A DNA stretch of 63,421 nucleotides, filler included, from Choristocarpus tenellus KU-1152 (lineage: Eukaryota > Protista > Phaeophyceae), in the NCBI GenBank assembly GCA_964200185.2. It is 9 parts of 9 records of this genome, joined end to end, with 100 filler letters (N's around TTAATTAATTAA, not from the genome) between each part and the next. Parts side by side here need not be neighbours in the genome. Positions count along the whole stretch, not along the records: positions 48,678 to 53,786 come from CAXNAD020011838.1; positions 53,887 to 57,401 come from CAXNAD020019519.1; positions 57,502 to 63,421 come from CAXNAD020009412.1; 6 more parts are not named here. The stretch is one strand, 5' to 3'. Positions 52,101 through 63,421 of this stretch are shown one piece after another. Position 1 is the stretch's first letter; each line of letters opens with the position of its first letter. A program made the translations under genes and the position numbers. The notes under the pieces were generated by a model. The model was not told the origin of the DNA and searched no databases. It worked only from the letters and a program-made list of their open reading frames with translations.

Positions 52101-52912
52101 CCCGCAGTATTTTTTTGAGAAACACGTGGGGCACACACAATGAGTGACATCAGAGTAACAGAGATTATTCGAGAAAATAAATGAGGGAGCCACTCCGAAA
52201 CCAACCTGCAATGAAAAAATTATAATAGCAACCTCAAGTAGCCTCTGCCGTACCTACTACTACCTGAGCCGCTACTATTAGCACTATTTCTGCTGCTACT
52301 GCTACTACTACTACTACTACTATGACGATGACAACGACAAAGAGTGCATTTTGTGGGTAAATAGAGAGTGGATAAGGTGTTTGTGGTGGCATTTTGCACA
52401 GTTTATATTACTTTTCTAGCCTTTGTCTTGGACTATTCTTTTACACGACGCCTGTGTTTTCTTTTGTTGCGCACAACTACTCACTCTCCATGTCAACCTC
52501 TTGTATTCACAATCGATTTTTTGCTGACAGGTAAGGATAACCCCTACACAACAAAATACACCGTTAGCCCCCCCACCCCACCCCTCCCTTGGACCATAAA
52601 CGATGCTGTTGTTATTACTGTTAGTGTTAATTTGGGATTCAATTTTTCCTTCTCCTTCCTGTAAGGCACCTCCGATTGTTTTTGTAGCTGTATATATACA
52701 TTTTGGATTTTGGTGGCATATGGGCGTAGTATCCCAATTTAGGTCAGGGAATGTTGTTTGTAGTTGTCTTTTTGCCTGGCGAATGAAAAATTTTACTGCC
52801 ATGCTGTATTGGCACTGCTGACAGCGAGTGGTTTGTCAATATGCATCCCTTCAACATTGTAAACAGTTTTAATAGTAGCAATGGTGGTGGTGGTGGTGGT
52901 GGTGGTGGTGCC

Positions 52913-53175
52913 GAGTAAAAGTGTCTTAGAGGGTACGAGTTTTGCCCTGTTTGTCCATTTGGGACTTAGCTTCCCATCCATGGGATCTTCATGGCATTTT
53001 GCCTACTCCGAAATGTTTCGGAGTCGGCAAAATGTTTACGCTATGAAAATGTGTGTCCGGAACAAGGATATTGACACTTCCTAACAAACACGATAGCCAG
53101 AATTACATCGAAATCACAACATTAGACTTTGACCTCCAAACGGACGCGGCTCTACCCTCTAAGATGCTTGGACTT
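52913..53175. mobile_element. MITE subtype C, flanked by TGCC on both sides
   Basis: Aligns with 22966-23224; TGCC at 52909-52912 and 53176-53179. Confidence 0.85.
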
Positions 53176-53896
53176 TGCCAATAGTAGTCCTTACTTTCTT
53201 ATTCGTTGTTGTTCTTGTTCTCCATCCTTTTTTCTACAACAATGACAATATCATTAAACACACAGAGTGATGTAGGTACACTTCAAATGCCAACAGAACG
53301 CGCGCCCACTCACACATGCACCACATGACTGTACAGTGTCCCTAAGGTCAACACCTTCCTAATCAAGACACAAACCACACTATGTATGAGAAGAAATATC
53401 GATTTTGTTCCTTCTAAGAAAATAGGATGGTCAAGAAAACAACTTACGGGTTTGGACGAGTGGCTTTGAATTCAAAATATTTTGTGTGTTTTATTGTCAT
53501 AAACAAAACCGAACAATAAATAAAGTTTTTAGTCCAATTTTTTGTTGTTCTGATCAATCGAACTGAATCCAACTGAACTGCCATGATTCACAACAATAAC
53601 TGAGACAAAGTATCTTAGGGGGGAGTGTCGGCGTCCGTTTTTCACTCTCTTTCGAGGTTTTCCTTTTTGGTGTGATTTGGTCGCACGTGTCGGATTTGAG
53701 ATGTCAGCAAAAAAAGACTGTTGGTTAGGTTCGTTTCTGTCCTTGCGTAGTAGGTATAACGGGGATCTATGCTACCATTTGATAATNNNNNNNNNNNNNN
53801 NNNNNNNNNNNNNNNNNNNNNNNNNNNNNNTTAATTAATTAANNNNNNNNNNNNNNNNNNNNNNNNNNNNNNNNNNNNNNNNNNNNAGACAATATT

Positions 53897-55400
53897 GGGT
53901 CAAGCTCATCCTCAACGAAAAGCTCCATCCTCAATTTTTGAAATCTGCTGTTTTTGGTCAAGGATGGCTATCAACATGATACTTGTTTACCTCAGGATTT
54001 CTTGCATTATTCGGTGAGACATTGTCTCACACACACTAGAACTCCACACTTGGAAATTTTGTGTTGCTGGATCATAGAGCACAGTGATGTGTCCATCAGA
54101 TTCTAGTCAGTTGATTGGAAGACTGGTAGGGAGGGCCCTTAGATCACAGTGCTTCCTCTTTGAGTGAGTCACATGCATATAGTCCAGATTAGTTCAAAAA
54201 AAAAAAAATGTGCTCAGTTTGTGCCCTGAACACGACCACTTGAATGCAGTTTCATCTTGCACTTCACATTTTGAGGAATAGAAAGGACTCTCGTCATACC
54301 TACATATGCTACACATCTTTATTAGCATGCTATCACACACGCACACACACAGAGATACACTCAGCATAAACATAAAATCAGATACACAGTACAGCATTTC
54401 TTTTGTATCTGAGTTGTGCTGCTGCTGATCATATTTGAATAGCAGCATTCTTAGATTCCCAACCTCTTTTTGCCAGGTTTTTGCTAAATATCCACTTCTG
54501 CCTTTTCTGGTCTGGTTGTTCGCGCCTGTAAACTCTCCTTTGTGTGTCCGTCAATTGTACAGGGCCATTACGGGAATACCAGCTTTTCAACCTAGTCATC
54601 AAAGCGGTTGAGGACCGTGACTGGGTGACGTAGTGTGTGTATGAGGCAAGATAGGCTGCAGCTCTTGTCTGGAGGATGTACGTATTGTGAAATGATAAAG
54701 GATGTTTGCATCCAGGCTCTGCAAGCGGAGCTAGGTGCTTGTACATACTCCGTCCGGCTCATTACAGAGTTTTTTTTTCTGAGGTTGTTATAGATGTATC
54801 GTTCCTTCTAAAAACATTGTATGAAACTGCCGTATATTCTTGGTTGGGCACTACATACACTAAATTTAGATATTTGTTGAAGGTTAACTGTACTTGCATG
54901 TATTGAATGCACATACATGTGTGCTAGGATACATTTTGAATATTCCTGTCAAAGAACTATCCTCCTGCAGTTTGTGCTTTTGAGCTCGGGGTATCAAGAA
55001 CTGGATTACAACTGCGAGCCAATGTTTTAAAAAGCTTGTGAACATAAAGGTTTTGTTGTTACCCTTCAGTGACAAAGTCGAGGTCATGAGGCACATCCAA
55101 CACCCATGGATCCGTTTTGCAGTCAACAGGTTTAGGATCAAAGGTGCACACTGATTGAACTTAAGATGCAGTTCCTCAAGGCCAGAGTACTTGAGGCCAT
55201 ACTGCACTGGCGTGTACATACATGACCACGTTGCCTGGTACGCCGTGACATGTTCTGTGGAGCACATCATCACCGTTTCTTGCTCTGCTGCATCGGATTT
55301 TGACAAGTCGTAACATACTGGGCACATCCTATCATGCAGAGATTTAGTGATTGGCACAGACCGAGTGTAAGGACATGGAGATGGTGCTGGAAAAGATAAC
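53897..55400 (-). mobile_element. Second decayed MULE/MuDR copy
   Basis: ORF 54884-55531 contains IHGC...LMTSTLSLKGNNKTF...QFL (MULE DG...DGNN pattern). Same terminus GGGTCAAGCTCATCCTCAA as at 48683. Confidence 0.5.
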
Positions 55401-55540
55401 TCCTGTTTGTGGGATATATTGCTCGAATGGATGGTCAGTGTGCCACGAGTTTTCCCTTTCCTTTTTTTGTAGTGGGTGTAACGTACATACATTTTCTTCT
55501 CGCTATACATGATAAGTTCGTTTGTCTGCAACTTATTGTG

Positions 55541-56230
55541 CTATTATGCCCTCTGACCTTTTGCAGATGTGTCAGGGGATAAACCAATGAAAACTATACA
55601 CATTGTCAGTATTAGCCCTAAAGAAATAAAATGTCATAAATAATGTGAAAAACCCTAATCCATTTGTTACTTCACCACTATCTATGTTGTACTACTGCCT
55701 TCCTGTGTCTCCAATTTGCCTATACCTGTGCCCCTTGGAGGAGCTAGGGAGGCATCCCAAGAATCCAATAAACCCCTCCGTGCCCATCTCCCTGGTGATT
55801 CCAGCTTCAAACGCATGACGCGTTTAGACAGTGCCACTTGTGTAGTTACTGAGACAATTTGGCGTAGCAGCCGGGATTTAAGCACTCCTTTCCTGCTATA
55901 TATATCCTCCAGTTCCTCTCCCCCCTACCATGTGAGTAGTCAGCTCATCCAGGAAGCATTCCGCTTGCTTCCCGAGTCACCCAAAACTTTCCACCGTGAA
56001 GGTCTTGAGGTTACAACTACGAGGGTCAAAGGAGCCCCCGTAGTGGGTGCGCTTTTGCACCTCGGCTGCAGCAGCAGCTTCACCATTGCTGGTGGGAGAG
56101 TGGGTAAGGTGGGAGGTTGCCTGTACCTCTGCAAAGGTGACATCTAGCAGAAGACCTTTGTCCTTGTAGGGGGTTGTTCCCGCGTCCGCCAGTGCCCCTG
56201 CACTGTAACCTTTTGCTCTACTCAATGGGG
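55541..56230 (-). mobile_element. 3' end of an RLE-type (CRE/NeSL/R2-like) LINE with 3' UTR
   Basis: LLLDVTFAEV...AAAAAEVQKRTHY...LKTFTVESFG*LGKQAECFLDEL...RQIVSVTTQVALSKRV (restriction-like endonuclease C-terminus), then a UTR ending TCAGAGGGCATAATA. Confidence 0.75.
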
Positions 56231-57238
56231 TATGATGACCAAAGTATATATAGGAGGTACATATATTACAATCGAGCCTTATTTTAATAGTGTTGCCTTT
56301 TTGACCATCGTTTAGATTGGTATTACTTTCTCACATATATATACTCGGGTATTTGTTCTTTCTTCCTATACATGTTAGATTGATTTGCCTCCTTCTTGTT
56401 TCACCTAATAGCGCATATATGTAGTGATTATATAGAGTGGGTGCCCAGAGTTGGTAGATACGGACGTGGGAACTAAGATGTATAGTAGGAAGATATAAGT
56501 AAATGTATAAATATATGTGTGAATCATTTGGCGTCGTAGTTCTCTCAGATGAGGGTGAAGAGAATCACCGAGTAAGACGGACAAAGACGAACTGTAGCCG
56601 ATAGGACGAGGTAAGGTTGGACAAGGACAAGGGCGGATGTTAAGGGGTGACGAGAGTAGATTATCAGTGTGGCAGGATGTGGTGTCAAAAGGAATCCCTC
56701 GACTCTTGGTTCTCTGAATGAAGGGAGTCCACCTGTCGGACTGGTCTCTTGAAGAGATTCCATGGACTCTACTTCATTAGACTTCCTCCACTGGAATCCA
56801 GGATGGATCCCTGACAAGGAAGCTCAAACGGTGTATGGTAAATGGTATACAAAATAACGGTATCACAACTGCTAACCCTATTTCGGTATGTCAACGTAAC
56901 AACAACAAAGTAACAATAATTGGGGGATTCATGTGGGATGCTTCCCTAGTTCCTCACCCTTGAGGAATAGGTTTGAGACACAGGAAGGTTGAGGTACAAC
57001 ATAGATAATATGTAGGAGAAAAAATTGAAATAGACTTAACGTTTTTCACTTTTTTGACAATTATGAGTGAATAAGATCGGGGTATCTACTGTACCTATTT
57101 TGTTAATAATAAAAATGATAAAATGCAATTTTAAGGGTTCCTAAATTGTAATAGTTCCTATAAACTATCGACGGAGTTTTCTTGTTGGCAAAATAGAAGA
57201 TACGAAACGTTGAATTGAATATATATTTCTTATGTATA

Positions 57239-57401
57239 TTTTATTATTATGCCCTCTGAAATTGTGTAGATGTGTGACGAAGGAAACCAATAAAAACTAT
57301 ACGTCAGTATAAGCCCTAAAGAAATATAACGTCATAAATGTGAAAAACACTAATCTATTTTTTATTATTATGCCCTCTGACATTTTGCAGATGTGTCAGG
57401 G
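57239..57401 (-). mobile_element. Two tandem 3'-UTR stubs of the same LINE
   Basis: TTATTATTATGCCCTCTGA... at ~57241 and ~57362; the first copy also matches 55545-55655. Confidence 0.8.
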
Positions 57402-58479
57402 NNNNNNNNNNNNNNNNNNNNNNNNNNNNNNNNNNNNNNNNNNNNTTAATTAATTAANNNNNNNNNNNNNNNNNNNNNNNNNNNNNNNNNNNNNNNNNNN
57501 NGGGTTGTTGGCGTCCGTTTTTCACCCTTTTTTCGATTTTCACTTTTTGGTGTGATTTGGTCGGATGTGTCGGATTTGAAATGTCAGGGAAAAAAGAGTT
57601 GTTTGACCGAAACGGACGCCCCCTCACAAACCACCCCACCCCCCCCAGATACTTTGACCCGAGGTTGTTCATATATCTCTTGATGTTAAGGCTGTTTGTT
57701 CGCGACTGGAGACCTCAATAATAATTGGCGTCTTCTCTCCCTTGCATATATATGTGAACGTGACACATTCTCACTGCTCAGTCGTGAAGGGGACCGATCA
57801 GTGCAAGTATTTCGCCTCTTCGAACTCTATAGGCGTCAGATTTCCCCAGGAGGGAAATCTCCAGAGGGAAATCCAGCTTCGATGATCCAAAGATCATGTC
57901 GCTAGCACTATGGATTGAACACTTCTATACTCCTGGATATTCCTCGCAATCACACCCTCTTGTGGGCTTGGTCCCCGCACCTCAACGATGCTATGCTTTC
58001 CTCGCGATTTGTCAAAAGAACCACCTCTGTCTTGAGAATTGCTAGCACTCAGACTAACCTGTTACACCAATGCAATTGAGCGCTATTCCTGTTCTCAAAA
58101 TAATAACTTATTCTGTAAGGCTACCTATGTGTTACTAATATCGTATATAGTACTTGTCAGAACTGGAGAAACAATCCTCACACTGTACGTCTGTTACAAA
58201 TGTTCGTATTTCCTAAAGCACCAGGAGAAAATGCTCGCGCTATTCGCGTATAACAAATGCTCGCACTTCGTTGGAACACAAGAAGAAACGCTCGCGCTAT
58301 TCGCCGGTAACAGAGGATACTTCAAATGCTTTCACTGTAAACAATAAGAGAATATTGTTACTACATGATGATTTCGTAGTCCTTGCTTCTTTGCTGCTTC
58401 TAGTTCCATTCATAGCAACATTAAAAAAAATGTTGGTTGGCATAATCATATATACTATTGGAGTACTTAATGCTATTGT

Positions 58480-61250
58480 AAGGGACATCCAGGAAAGAAA
58501 TGAAGAACTCTTTGTCACATGTTCGCCTGAAGTATTGATGTGAGCAAAGCAGCACAAATAAATGAAGCGTAGCACTCCCACGTTGTATTGATTAGAGTGT
58601 GGATCCTGAACGTCTCATCGCTAAGAAATTTCCTTCACACCTTCTGACGAATGGAAAACATTATTATCTCCGCACCAAAGTGATCCTTGAATGAAGTTCT
58701 CACTTCCATTTTGAATAGCAGGGAGTAGGTTGAAAAAAAGGAGTTTTTGTCTGGGACGATTGCCTACAAATCCCACTTCCTAACCCCTCAAGAAGGGCCT
58801 TAGTTGCACTGGAAACCTTTTTGAGTGAGTGCGAACAGAGGGGCAAACATCACGTCAGTCTATCTTAGGAGATTCGTTGAGCAATTGAGGCCCCTGTGAC
58901 TGGGTTCTGGTGCATTCACCCTCTATATTGCACTCTTGAAGACAATTTAATGTCTCTGTATTCTAATGTTTGTTGTCTCCTCTTTCTACAGTAGTCACAT
59001 CCTTGTAAGAGGGGTTAGCTTCATGTTTGTCAGACACAACAACAGAGAATTGGGAGTCAGATTGAAGAGTTCGTGAGCCCTAATTTTTAAAGGGGTCTTT
59101 ATGGGACCCCCCTTAAAGATAGGATGGCTCAGTGCCAGACTGCGAACGAAAATCGGTTACCAACAGTACCAAGTGCAAACCAAACCAAATATTCCTGAGG
59201 GAAATTGCCTGGCCCCATGTGTGGCACTTGGTGAAAGAAAAGGCAAGTGCTCAGAAGCAACGCCTCTTGGTATAGTGCTAGGAATTTAATTTTCGGCTGA
59301 ACAGAATTTTTTTGATTGAATGGTTAACTTGGTTGAATAGTCAGCAGATGAGGCGAAGTGCGTACACTGTGGATTGGTTCCTGAGTGGTGCAGACACCGC
59401 AAGCCATTAATCCCCGAGTTGTATCCAAGATGGACTACTACTGCTCAGTTGTATCCTTCTGAAGAATATGTAGTGTGAAGGGCTGACTATTGTGGAGATC
59501 GAGTGACACGTTGAGTCAGCTCTTTTGGCCTTCTGGAAAAAATTAACCAAGGAATCAAACATCTTCAGTTTATCATCTTGGGTGTTCTCAACAAAATTAA
59601 CTGAGGCTGGTTAATCTGTCACATTTCGCAACATTATCGAGTTAGCATTCTGAAAAGTAAATGGATTACAGGGCTTGGCATCATGTGATGCGGTGTGCAA
59701 AAACAACTTAAAAGTAGCTACCCAGTCAGTCAGGGTCAGTGAAATCGTCTGGGGGTTCCTATAGTCAGGCATCTAAGAAGTGCACAAAAACCGAAAACGA
59801 TGCTCCATCTCACCCCAAAGAAGAGTTTCTAGCATGAATTAGGAGAGTAGGGTTTTCTAGAAAATAAAAAAAAACACCGTACGTATTAATGAGGGGGGGC
59901 ACACAACGACCGACATGTTTTGAAATAGTAGGTAACCAGTTAATTAAGAGGAAAAGAAGTTCAGAAATCTGGAGAACAAAAATGAGATACCGATGTCCTA
60001 CATAGTAGGGATGGCTCCACGCTTTTACTCGATTGACCTTTATCTATATGCCTCCCCTCGACAATGGGTGACTTCTTCACTCCTCATCTTGTCAAAAGGG
60101 GAGGTCTACGCCACCTGGTAGAAGAGTTGAGAATAGGAGAAGAAAAAATTCTGGCGTGGACAATATTATTGGTTCTGGACGAGGATTGGTACGGGAGGGT
60201 TTGCCGATCGAGAGAAATACGAAAATGCATCTTGCCAACTTCAATTGGCCCTGCAGAAGACAATTGCGTTATCACGCCTCTATTTTGACAAAAGAACTCT
60301 TGACTTATCTAGAAACAACGTGTTCTCAGTTTTGCGAAGTGACCCACACGCTTTTTTTTGTTGTTAATTTCGGACTTTTTACCCACACCTCAACATTGAA
60401 ACGGTATGTTTGATTGCAATGCATAGTAATGGAAATACCCAGTTCAAATGTTGATATACGGGCATGCAGGTTGGTAGATCTGGGAAAGGGTGTGAAAGGA
60501 GACCTTTTCCTCACAAGAACAAAGACCTTAACGTAAGCGCCTTGGGCGTTGCCCTTAGCCTGGTTGGAAGACCCACGCACAACATTAGGTCAAAGCGTAT
60601 CTCAAGACCGCAATCTGCACCCACAAATGGATGCCATAGCTTCCTACAAAAAAGTAAGGCCCGTCTTTGATAGCCGAGTGCTTGAGTGGTAGGAAAATGG
60701 TGAGATTGCCCAAACAACCAGTATCGGGGCCACTAATATAGCGTCGCTAACGATCTCCTTCGACCTGCTAAATTTCCTATACAGCCAAGAATGCCTTCCC
60801 TGCATTTCAGCGGACATGGAGTTCACCATCGCCTAACTCTGCCATTCCAAGCCAGTCAGTATCGAAACAGGTTCAAGATAGGGTTATCAAAGATGTGCAT
60901 TGGCGTTTCTTTCCGGAAAGACAGAAGTAGTGTCAGGGATTGCTTCAAGTATAAACTTGATCCCATAGGGCAAGAGTATGGATGTTCAACTCCTGGAACG
61001 CTTGGCGAGGAATTCGAACTGCAATTCAATCTGAGGTGTCGATAATGTATCCTATTTGCTTCTTTTGCTCTTAAACACATTTTCAGTTGCCGACAAGTAG
61101 TTGCGGCATTGGAGACTGGGAAGAAACCTGGATCGTAGCTGCTCTCAAGGCTTGTCAGGTAGGTAGCACGGCTTATCATTCGAAAAATGTATACAAGAGT
61201 ACTTCCACTGGTTTCCTCTGGATTAAGTTTGATACACGACAACCATAGCT
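58480..61250 (-). mobile_element. Possible decayed DIRS/tyrosine-recombinase retrotransposon
   Basis: Minus-strand order of weak RT-like (SDAILVA ~60735), RNase H-like (SRTNNIV ~60170), SAM-like (LVNFFQK ~59545) and YR-like (SIQRGSAT ~58580) remnants. Confidence 0.3.
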
Positions 61251-61471
61251 CAAGCCCTAGGCGTATTGCATGTACTGCAGATCAGCCTTGCTGATAGATG
61301 AATGGTTTATCTGTTTCCAAAGGAAACTATGTAGCTACGTCTGCTCTCTTGTATACCGTCGAGAACTTCTAATCGGTGCCCACCCCGCTCCTCATAATCC
61401 TGACACTCCTGATGCTGTCCTGTCGTGGAAACAGTGCCTCAATGATAAAAAAAACATGACCTGTAAATTTA

Positions 61472-63376
61472 ATGCAGCCATCGCACTTTGAAGCACATGC
61501 ACATCGAGCCTGTCCTCCATCCTCCATGTTGTGTGTGTACTACTGTACCTACTATTTTAAGGAAGAAAACCAAGCACAACAATCTGCGAAGTCCACAAGT
61601 GCTGCATTAGCTCGAACGAATCACAACCAGCCGCAACAACAGCAGCAGCAAAGGCAACGGCATGTCTACTGGTGTCCAACCACTGGGATCTACGCCACCT
61701 CAGTCCCTGTCACTGAGTCACGGTCATCTACGAAGAGACCTCACTCAGCCCCTCCCAATGGCACAAGGTACAAGGCTTTCCCATGGGGACGTAGAGGTAG
61801 GTCTAACTCAGCAAATTGCTCAGGGCAGCAGCAGTGGGGTAATGTTTGTAGGAAGGGGAGAGGTCAAATCGGATGCACTATCAGCCCTGGCAGAAGAGGA
61901 CGTCATTGCATCTGTCAGTGGCAGGAAGTATTCGAAAATAGTGGAAGCTGTGATCAACGTGGGATACTTGGAGCTACATGGTCCTACACAGGAAGCCGGC
62001 AGAAGGGGGACAGGCAAGGTCAGGGGGGGCATTTAGGGACTCCGCGCCAGATTATGGTCAAGGTCCCTCATACCCAGGCTACCAGGAACAGCAGGGAAGA
62101 GCTAGGGCAGGAGCAACACCATGTATCAACCTCAGGGTCAGGAATAAGACAAGTGGATGGCATAGAGGGTGTCGAGACTGGAGAGGAAGAGGACCCATTC
62201 AGATCACAAAAAATGGAAATCTCTTTAGGAGTGAGATGTGCAGAGAGTGGCCCTGGTAGGTGCTGTGTTGTTAATGTCAAGGATGATCCGCCGGACCACA
62301 ACTCAATGGTAACATTGAGTGCGGAAAACAGTCAACTACTCACCATGTCGCCATGTCTAACCACCACTGGTTTAGATGTTGGCACCGTGATTGCTGGCCT
62401 TCAGAAATCAGTTGTGGGAATGGATGTTCGCCCCCCAACCTTCTATCATCAGACCACCAACTTGGTTCCTCCAAGTGGTATTAGCTCTCCCCTATCACCT
62501 GAGCCTCCTCCATCGTCGACTTCTCTTGAGATACCTTTGGAGGTTTCAAAAGTGAAAATGCCAACTAGCAGAGGAAACCGATGGCATAAAAAGGATGAGA
62601 GCGAGGAGATCGTTCCCTCTGACAAAAACAGACGCAATGTGTATTTGGTGAGCTCAGAAAAAAGTGCTCCCAACGCTTCAGTGAAGGTCCCTGTGGCCCT
62701 CATCAGCTCAGATCAATGCAACAAAGATAGGTTGTTGCGTAGTTGCCTGCTCAACAGTGGCACTGCTACAGGTCCTGCTGGGGAGATCTCAGGAGGACCA
62801 CATCACTACCTTGCCCAGAAGAAAATTGATGCAGCTGCTGCAGTCTATGCTCACAGCAAGGAACGGAAATTTCTTGGGGAAACAACTCATAGCAGCCATC
62901 CAGATTTTGAACCGAGAAGTGGGAAGCTTCCAGGAGAATACACTGGGGAGGATGAGGACGAGTCCTGGAGGCAGCGGGGGTGGGGCAGGGGGAGAGGCGA
63001 TCGTCGTGTGTTGCACCCTTTTGGGAGAAGGGATGAAGGAAGCAAATCCAAATCCTCACAAGGGGTAGACAGGGGCCATGGTGGGGTGATGTTAGCGGTA
63101 GATTCAGCTAAACAACAGGGGAAGGGGAAGGGTAGTTCAGGTGCTGTAAGTCTCAGGTATGATTTCTTTCCCTCTTCAAGGAGGAGTAAGACTCAGCAGA
63201 AAAGGAGAAGGGGGCGAGGGGAAGGGCAGCAGCATCACGAGTCACATGTACCATTACCTGGAGGATTGTCTACAGCAAAGACAAGGGAGGGGAGTTGTGT
63301 GAGCTCCTTGTATAGCTCCAAATGTACACACCAAATATGGGTTCCTGCCCCCCAACCTGGGCGGGATACAACTTAG
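61472..63376 (+). CDS. 634-codon low-complexity ORF, possibly a LINE ORF1/gag-like remnant
   Basis: Longest ORF in the window, intronless, with a Ser/Gly/Arg-rich tail. IMVKVPH...SREELGQE loosely resembles ORF1 RRM segments. The N-terminal part may really be in frame 61662-62036. Confidence 0.3.
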   Translation: MQPSHFEAHAHRACPPSSMLCVYYCTYYFKEENQAQQSAKSTSAALARTNHNQPQQQQQQRQRHVYWCPTTGIYATSVPVTESRSSTKRPHSAPPNGTRYKAFPWGRRGRSNSANCSGQQQWGNVCRKGRGQIGCTISPGRRGRHCICQWQEVFENSGSCDQRGILGATWSYTGSRQKGDRQGQGGHLGTPRQIMVKVPHTQATRNSREELGQEQHHVSTSGSGIRQVDGIEGVETGEEEDPFRSQKMEISLGVRCAESGPGRCCVVNVKDDPPDHNSMVTLSAENSQLLTMSPCLTTTGLDVGTVIAGLQKSVVGMDVRPPTFYHQTTNLVPPSGISSPLSPEPPPSSTSLEIPLEVSKVKMPTSRGNRWHKKDESEEIVPSDKNRRNVYLVSSEKSAPNASVKVPVALISSDQCNKDRLLRSCLLNSGTATGPAGEISGGPHHYLAQKKIDAAAAVYAHSKERKFLGETTHSSHPDFEPRSGKLPGEYTGEDEDESWRQRGWGRGRGDRRVLHPFGRRDEGSKSKSSQGVDRGHGGVMLAVDSAKQQGKGKGSSGAVSLRYDFFPSSRRSKTQQKRRRGRGEGQQHHESHVPLPGGLSTAKTREGSCVSSLYSSKCTHQIWVPAPQPGRDTT

Positions 63377-63421
63377 TGAATGAAATATACAGTCACACGA
63401 ACACAAGAAACAGTGGAAATG

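Overview
Repeat-rich eukaryotic nuclear DNA, most likely from a stramenopile and probably a brown alga (inferred from EsV-1-7 cysteine-rich repeats, TTAGGG arrays and GT-AG introns of about 0.5-2 kb). The window is nine contigs joined by identical artificial 100-nt spacers (N44-TTAATTAATTAA-N44), so linkage across spacers is unproven. The ORF track is largely uninformative, so I rebuilt genes by hand from splice sites. Genes found: a partial EsV-1-7-repeat gene (5 exons, 6 repeats) whose introns hold a tRNA-Val(CAC) and a (TTAGGG)12 array; a partial PRP22/DHX8 DEAH helicase; the 3' part of an unknown multi-pass membrane protein gene; a compact gene that appears to encode a lone bromodomain; and two disrupted orphan genes with short introns. 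Most of the rest is decayed transposable elements: Ty3/Gypsy, LINEs, pogo, MULE, probable DIRS and hAT, plus a MITE superfamily sharing a CAAAGTATCT terminal core. The best candidates for undescribed biology are (1) an ~800-bp foldback whose two arms each encode the His-box half of a ubiquitin-specific protease, (2) the stand-alone bromodomain gene beside transposase-like HTH remnants, and (3) the phase-0, roughly one-repeat-per-exon layout of the EsV-1-7 gene. None can be confirmed as a new system from sequence alone.
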